Shown: positions 59,396 to 64,000 of the stretch, piece after piece
How the letters are laid out: each line of letters starts with the position of its first letter
How positions within the stretch are numbered: the stretch's first letter is position 1
From: Candidatus Moraniibacteriota bacterium
GTDB lineage: Bacteria; Patescibacteriota; Minisyncoccia; Moranbacterales; UBA1568
Length of the DNA: 64,000 nucleotides
Direction: 5' to 3'
NCBI GenBank assembly: GCA_028688415.1
Contig: JAQTYF010000001.1
Span: forward strand, 716,020 to 780,019
Notes under the pieces: generated by a model
Databases searched by the model: none
Seen by the model: only the letters and a program-made list of their open reading frames with translations
Told to the model about the DNA's origin: nothing
Position numbers and translations under genes: made by a program

Positions 59396-60301
59396 ATGAA
59401 AAAAATACCGTTTCCAGTACTTCTAAAAGAGGCATGGCAAGCGACATTCTCTCAAAAAACACCTTGGGTATTTGGTTTCTTCATAGCCACTGCCAGTGTA
59501 TTGGTGCAAATGTTTAACAGAGATTTGATTTCTCTACAGATACAATCATTCGAAGATTTGTTTCGATTCATTACCGAGAAAACACCTGAGGAGATCACTC
59601 TTGCTTGTCTTTTTTTACTTGCTCTTTTTTTGGTACATAGTTTTGGTACAGGAAACCTGATCAAATCACTTTCCTTTCTCATCAAAAAACCTAGTGCCTT
59701 GCATTCTCTTTTTTCATTTCATTTCCTTTGGAAGAACTTCTCTCTTACTCTCATTATCGAATGTGTATTCTTTTTTCTTATTCTTTTCCTTCTTGGTATT
59801 TTTTCTCTTCCTTTTTTCGTTGCTTCCCAGATCAATCCTGCTGTAATTCCCCTTCTACAAAGCCTGGCTTTTTTTCTTTTTCTCCCTCTTCTTCTGATAC
59901 TTTCTCTTCTGAAAAGATTTTCTCTTTTCTATGCCTTATTCTCTTCTCTTCGTCTACGTGTTGTTTTTGAGACAGCTTCTCTCCTACTCTCTCGTTTCTT
60001 CTCTGCATCTCTTCTTTTCTTCTTCTTCACACTTATTCTCACTCTGCTCTTTACTTTTTTGGTAAATATCGCTATCCTAACAAGTACAGTGCTCGTAGAA
60101 CAAAACATTCTTCCTTTCACAGAATTTTCTGTACGTTTTTTTCTTTCTCTTCTCTTCTTCTCTTGGTTTTCTGTGTTTGAGAATGCTCTCTGGATTGCTT
60201 TTTTCAAATCCCTCGCAAGCCCGCGTGTGACAAAGAAGATTACGAAAGGCGAAGAGTCGTTGATCGAAGAAAATGTTCTCGTAGAAACTCCTTTTGTATA
60301 A
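59396..60301 (+). CDS. Hypothetical polytopic membrane protein
   Basis: 301-aa ORF with about 7 hydrophobic helices. No motifs. Confidence 0.5.
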   Translation: MKKIPFPVLLKEAWQATFSQKTPWVFGFFIATASVLVQMFNRDLISLQIQSFEDLFRFITEKTPEEITLACLFLLALFLVHSFGTGNLIKSLSFLIKKPSALHSLFSFHFLWKNFSLTLIIECVFFFLILFLLGIFSLPFFVASQINPAVIPLLQSLAFFLFLPLLLILSLLKRFSLFYALFSSLRLRVVFETASLLLSRFFSASLLFFFFTLILTLLFTFLVNIAILTSTVLVEQNILPFTEFSVRFFLSLLFFSWFSVFENALWIAFFKSLASPRVTKKITKGEESLIEENVLVETPFV

Positions 60302-60322
60302 TGGTTCAATCTTATAGCAAAA

Positions 60323-60397
60323 GGGCTTGTAGCTCAGTTGGTTAGAGCGCTACATTGACATTGTAGAGGTCTCCAGTTCGAATCTGGACAAGCCCAC
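60323..60397 (+). tRNA. tRNA-Val (anticodon GAC)
   Basis: Acceptor GGGCUUG/CAAGCCC, D-arm GCUC-AGUUGGUUA-GAGC, anticodon arm CUACA-UUGACAU-UGUAG, T-arm UCCAG-UUCGAAU-CUGGA, discriminator A. No encoded CCA. Confidence 0.85.
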
Positions 60398-60405
60398 AAG
60401 ATTAA

Positions 60406-60501
60406 GGACAGTTTCCGCCCAAGGCGGACCAGCCTTGGGCTGGGGTTAGAGCGCTACATTGACATTGTAGAGATCACTGGTTCGAATCCAGTATTGTCCA
60501 C
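60406..60501 (+). pseudogene. tRNA-Val-derived pseudo-tRNA: the same anticodon arm as tRNA-Val, with an aberrant 5' region containing a 9-bp extra hairpin and a different T-arm/acceptor
   Basis: Shares ggttagagcgctacattgacattgtagag with tRNA-Val. The possible acceptor GGACAGU/AUUGUCC would enclose an abnormally long D-region. Confidence 0.3.
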
Positions 60502-60515
60502 CCTTCATTATAAAG

Positions 60516-60585
60516 CTACACCTGCCTGTCGGCAGACAGGTTGATATTGTAGAGGTCTCCTGTTCGAATCAGGATACGCCCACCA
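60516..60585 (+). pseudogene. 3' tRNA fragment (anticodon stem, 20-nt insertion in the anticodon loop, T-arm, acceptor 3' strand with encoded CCA) lacking a 5' half
   Basis: cuaca-[ccugccugucggcagacagg]-uugauau-uguag-agguc-uccug-uucgaau-cagga-uacgccc-a-cca. No matching 5' acceptor strand (GGGCGUA) nearby. Confidence 0.3.
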
Positions 60586-60589
60586 AATA

Positions 60590-60626
60590 AAAAATCCACT
60601 CTGTGACAAAGAGTGGATTTTTATTA
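60590..60626. terminator. Bidirectional intrinsic terminator between the tRNA cluster and the convergent 60637..61698 gene
   Basis: aaaaaatccactct-gtgacaa-agagtggattttt. Confidence 0.6.
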
Positions 60627-60636
60627 TGACAATTTC

Positions 60637-61698
60637 CTAAGGATCTGGAGGAAGTGCTGCTGGTGGCGGTGTTGTGTTGTTTTTTATAATAACCCTTAGA
60701 TTTTTATCAACATTCCCGATATATTTTACCGCTGGTCCTACTTCTCTTGTTGCCTGTTGTATACTTCCATAAATTTGTTTATCAACATTGCGTATTTCTT
60801 TCGTTATTTTTGATTGTATCTCCCCCACTCCTTTTTGAATCAGATTACTTACCAATTTATTTGCCATAGACATCACTACACCGCTGAGTAATTCTCCTGG
60901 ATTTTGTGCCGCGGCAAGGATATCATTTCCTAAATTCTGAATATTTGTCGTTGCAGCCTGTATGGTCGCAGCAGGAGATAAGACTCTTCCGCCTTGTTCC
61001 TTTGGAAGAAATCCTGTTGCAAGCGCTTTGGTAGCCGCTACCGTTTGTTCTGCTTCGATTTGTTCACGATACATCTGTTGTGCTTCGAGTGAATATCCAT
61101 ATGGATTATTCATTGGGTTACGGAAGAAAGCATTAAAAGCCCTCGAATTCCCTCGCGAAAAAGCGTCCATACCTCCGTGTTCATCCAGACTGTATGTTGG
61201 TATAGAGCGCTCAGTAGTTACCCTCTTTGCAGAAGAAACAAGATACCCAGTATAATCACCTCTCAAGCCACCAGAATTCGACCCTGCAGCTATGTAATTC
61301 GCTGAAGATGCTTTCCCTCGAGTCGTCATCGAGAAAAAATCATTCATATACAAATTCGCTTTTTCTCTTGGACTCTGGTAGAGAAATTCATTAAAATCAG
61401 TGATAAAGAGTGGCTGTCCTCCGACTCCTCCTCCGATCAACTGGCCCACTTTACTGTTGAGCATTTGTACCGCTGCCATCTTCAGTGTACCCATGAGAGC
61501 ACCTTCTATTTGTCTTTTTATTGTTGTTATCATCTGATCAACCATCATTGCACCAAATGCAGCCCCCCATACATCAGCACGTGCCTGTTGAGGGAAAAAA
61601 GAAAATGTCATGGAAAAAAACATGATGGAAGAGATGATAATTTTTCTTGAAGTTTTTTTTGACATTATTTTTTCTTTTACCTGTGTTGTATTTTTCAT
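60637..61698 (-). CDS. Secreted hypothetical protein (signal peptide; C-terminal TTPPPAALPPDP tail)
   Basis: N-terminal signal-like hydrophobic segment IIISSIMFFSMTFSFFPQQARA. No motifs. Confidence 0.5.
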   Translation of the reverse strand: MKNTTQVKEKIMSKKTSRKIIISSIMFFSMTFSFFPQQARADVWGAAFGAMMVDQMITTIKRQIEGALMGTLKMAAVQMLNSKVGQLIGGGVGGQPLFITDFNEFLYQSPREKANLYMNDFFSMTTRGKASSANYIAAGSNSGGLRGDYTGYLVSSAKRVTTERSIPTYSLDEHGGMDAFSRGNSRAFNAFFRNPMNNPYGYSLEAQQMYREQIEAEQTVAATKALATGFLPKEQGGRVLSPAATIQAATTNIQNLGNDILAAAQNPGELLSGVVMSMANKLVSNLIQKGVGEIQSKITKEIRNVDKQIYGSIQQATREVGPAVKYIGNVDKNLRVIIKNNTTPPPAALPPDP

Positions 61699-62690
61699 AG
61701 ACTCAAAGGAATTTCCTCGATGCCGTAATCTGCTAATTTAGTCTGAATTTCTACTACCAATTCTGCAACACTTCCAAAAAATCCTTGCGCTTTTGAAAGA
61801 ACCGCTATTTGTCCGAGAGGATCAGTGTCATTCGGCTTCAATTCTTGTTTGAGTTGCACGGCATATTGAGCCATTTGAAGAGCCTTGATATGGACATCAA
61901 GCATTTTTTCTGGAACCTCAATGTCTTTGAGTTCTGTCAACATTTTTTCCCCACGTTTTGAGAGGTCTTCTAAAGACTGAGTATTCCCCGAGGCAAGTCC
62001 TGTAACAGATTCTAAAGAAAGATTGTTGAGTATTGCACTAAAATCACTCTGCGTTTGGAAATCTTTCGGTGAATTATTGGCAACGAGATACGAAACAACC
62101 GTAAGATATTCGAGAGCATCTTTCTTTTCTCGTTCCAATCTCTTTTTATCACTGAGGTTTTTTGGTAACTTTTTAATTTTAATATCTTCTTTTTTTATTT
62201 CAGGGAGAATAATTTCTTCTGCATTCCCACTGAGAATACTATTTACTGAAACGTTGATATCTTCAAGAGAAATTGCTTCTCCGCTTTCATTGGTATCTTG
62301 TATCATGCCCGCAATTTCATTCGATACTTTTTCTGTCAGATTCATCTCATCTGCCTGTGTTGAAGCAACTTCTGTATTTTGTACTCCTGATTCTTCTTGA
62401 AAGAGTTTATCGCCCGGTGCTGGTTTGAGTGGATCATAACTGCTTTCCACTTCTACGCCATCGCTATACCCATCATTATCCGTATCTTTATTCATTGGAT
62501 CAGTTCCATACAATTTCTCCTCCTCATTACTGAGTCCATCTTGATCGGTATCGGCAAAAATATCTTTTGTTGTCGCATCATTTTCAGCAAAAACAAAAAC
62601 AGCTGAACCAAAAACAATCAATCCAAAAAAAAGAAAGAGGGCCTGTTTCATGCTGTTTTCCTCAAAATAAAAGAGGGACTTTTTGAACAT
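61695..62690 (-). CDS. Secreted protein with Asp-rich calcium-binding-type repeats (DTDQDGLSNEEE / DTDNDGYSDGVE)
   Basis: Signal peptide MKQALFLFFGLIVFGSAVFVFA. Thrombospondin-type-3/dockerin-like D-x-D-x-D-G motifs. Overlaps the downstream gene by 4 bp (operon). Confidence 0.5.
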   Translation of the reverse strand: MFKKSLFYFEENSMKQALFLFFGLIVFGSAVFVFAENDATTKDIFADTDQDGLSNEEEKLYGTDPMNKDTDNDGYSDGVEVESSYDPLKPAPGDKLFQEESGVQNTEVASTQADEMNLTEKVSNEIAGMIQDTNESGEAISLEDINVSVNSILSGNAEEIILPEIKKEDIKIKKLPKNLSDKKRLEREKKDALEYLTVVSYLVANNSPKDFQTQSDFSAILNNLSLESVTGLASGNTQSLEDLSKRGEKMLTELKDIEVPEKMLDVHIKALQMAQYAVQLKQELKPNDTDPLGQIAVLSKAQGFFGSVAELVVEIQTKLADYGIEEIPLSL

Positions 62691-62982
62691 ACAACGTGTT
62701 TGTTTTTTACTTTTTTTATTATATCACAACTTCGCAATGTCGTGAATTTTTTTACATAAATTGTTATAAAAAATCTGAAGAAGGTTTTATATAGTATATA
62801 AAAAAGAAAGGTTTGAAAATATTTTTTCCAATCTATTCTTTTTTAATTTTAAAATTTTATATCCATACTCTCTTTTAAAAAAATAATACACTCTATAATT
62901 TTTAAGTATTTTTTATTATTGCTTCATGTTCATTAAAAATGAATCAATATTATGTCATAAATAGTTGTTTTGTCAATAATAT

Positions 62983-63174
62983 ACATCCTCTCTCCATTAA
63001 CCATTCCAGTATGGTCATTCCAAAAGGTTTGGCATTTGTTGAATAGTGAGAATATGGCTTTAAATTAGGGAATGTGGAAATATGTTCCACGTGGAACATA
63101 TGGAAATAGTGTTTGGATTGATATATAAATGTTCCACGTGGAACATTTCTCTTTTGATCTGTGTAGATTTTGAT
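62983..63174. repeat. 192-bp direct repeat, copy 1 (contains two copies of the 18-bp palindrome ATGTTCCACGTGGAACAT)
   Basis: 100% identical to 63270-63461 by direct comparison. Confidence 0.85.
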
Positions 63175-63269
63175 GTGGATTAATTGAATGTGATAGGAAT
63201 ACATCAATGTTCCACGTGGAACATTTTGTGTCGATTCGTTGGAATGAGATTTAGAATGTTCCACGTGGA

Positions 63270-63461
63270 ACATCCTCTCTCCATTAACCATTCCAGTATG
63301 GTCATTCCAAAAGGTTTGGCATTTGTTGAATAGTGAGAATATGGCTTTAAATTAGGGAATGTGGAAATATGTTCCACGTGGAACATATGGAAATAGTGTT
63401 TGGATTGATATATAAATGTTCCACGTGGAACATTTCTCTTTTGATCTGTGTAGATTTTGAT
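63270..63461. repeat. 192-bp direct repeat, copy 2
   Basis: Identical to 62983-63174. The 95-bp spacer between the copies carries two more copies of the palindrome. Confidence 0.85.
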
Positions 63462-63628
63462 TGAAAATGGTTGGAATGCATAATATTGACAAAAGTAATA
63501 ATTTATTACATAATAATATTATTGGAAAGAAAGTATGTAAGAAAAAACATTGACGAATAGGGAAAAAACAGTATGATAGAGAGATGGCTGTATTATTCAG
63601 AGGTTTATATCTCGATACAGCATGAAAT

Positions 63629-63701
63629 GGGCCGTTAGCACAGTTGGTAGCGCGCTTCCATGGCATGGAAGAGGTCGCCGGTTCGAATCCGGCACGGTCC
63701 A
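63629..63701 (+). tRNA. tRNA-Ala (anticodon GGC)
   Basis: Acceptor GGGCCGU/ACGGUCC with the G3:U70 Ala identity pair, anticodon loop AUGGCAU, T-arm GCCGG-UUCGAAU-CCGGC. Confidence 0.85.
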
Positions 63702-63802
63702 CCCCGTTAAAGAAAAATTTCAGCCGTTCCGTAAAGTGCTGATAATTTTCTTTTCAGAACGTTTTCATAAGAACAAACAGATTCCGTTTTTCTCTAACGG
63801 GG
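63702..63802. other. 16-bp inverted repeat (ccccgttaaagaaaaa / tttttctctaacgggg) enclosing ~70 bp, abutting the tRNA-Ala 3' end and flanked by GGTCCA/TCCACA; MITE-like or long hairpin
   Basis: 15 of 16 bp complementary. Confidence 0.3.
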
Positions 63803-63830
63803 TCCACACCTACAAAAACACTTACCAAAT

Positions 63831-63902
63831 GCCTCTATAGCTCAACGGATAGAGCTATCCCGTCCTAAGGGAGAGATGGGGGTTCAATTCCCTCTAGGGG
63901 CA
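63831..63902 (+). tRNA. tRNA-Arg (anticodon CCU)
   Basis: Acceptor GCCUCUA/UAGGGGC, D-arm GCUC-AACGGAUA-GAGC, anticodon loop GUCCUAA, T-arm GGGGG-UUCAAUU-CCCUC. One A-G mismatch at the top of the anticodon stem. Confidence 0.75.
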
Positions 63903-63941
63903 CAAATTTTATTGTTTATATACTTGTTATCAACGAAAAAT

Positions 63942-64000
63942 ATGGCATCAATGCGCATTATTAAGGTAAACGAACTCCTCCGCAAACTTCTCGCAGAAAT
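63942..64000 (+). CDS. Partial CDS (5' end only), possibly ribosome-binding factor A
   Basis: MASMRIIKVNELLRKLLAEI resembles the RbfA N-terminus (R..RV.E.lr..l..i). Only 19 codons are visible. Confidence 0.3.
   Translation, partial: MASMRIIKVNELLRKLLAE

Noticed and set aside
62983-63461. CRISPR array
   Set aside because: The repeats are palindromic but irregularly spaced and embedded in a larger 192-bp duplication. There are only six copies, no unique spacer structure and no cas genes nearby.
62691-63628. oriC call based on DnaA boxes
   Set aside because: Only weak TTATCCACA-like matches (for example tgtggatta). dnaA/dnaN are not in the window. Kept as one hypothesis in the findings, not as a feature.
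62950-63702. Minus-strand ORFs 62950..63291, 63204..63386 and 63352..63702, and the plus-strand ORF 63622..63840
   Set aside because: Generated by the direct repeats and palindromes (repeated MFHVEH... translations) or overlapping the tRNA-Ala gene. Not coding.

Overview
This 64-kb window is AT-rich (GC roughly high 30s, my estimate) and densely coded. Gene content looks like a small-genome bacterium, probably Patescibacteria/CPR-like, though that placement is an inference. The standard genetic code fits the long ORFs. Housekeeping genes recognised from motifs include xseB/xseA, uvrD/pcrA, rsmA, lspA, yraN, pnp, rpsO, rpsA, gmk, tilS, ftsH, gyrA, ispG, a ComM/YifB ATPase, an XerC/D-type recombinase, and three tRNAs (Val-GAC, Ala-GGC, Arg-CCU). 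I saw no rRNA and no CRISPR array. Accessory or unusual content is: (1) a three-gene minus-strand module at 1-4280 with an AAA_5 ATPase flanked by two paralogs that share an almost identical 5' module but have unrelated C-termini, one of them a 29-aa tandem-repeat array; (2) a type-IV-secretion-like cluster at 16.5-28.5 kb with VirB4 split into two genes, PrgI/VirB3-like and VirB6-like membrane proteins, a LysM-CHAP peptidoglycan hydrolase and a giant Cys-rich surface protein, with no relaxase or VirD4; (3) two diverged paralogous MacB-type ABC ATPase+permease pairs in inverted orientation bracketing about 23 kb; (4) a dispersed 14-bp tandem repeat family (CTTATCCTGCATCA-like) in intergenic spacers between 23 and 33 kb; (5) two copies of a ~130-bp structured element, each 50-60 bp upstream of a minus-strand gene (yraN and pnp), with compensatory stem changes; (6) a ~700-bp GC-rich, hairpin-dense non-coding island at 41.86-42.56 kb that is probably a structured RNA I cannot classify; (7) a perfect 192-bp direct repeat pair carrying six copies of an 18-bp palindrome (ATGTTCCACGTGGAACAT) next to tRNA genes; (8) tRNA-derived fragments downstream of tRNA-Val. 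All calls come from reading the sequence and motifs only; no searches were run.
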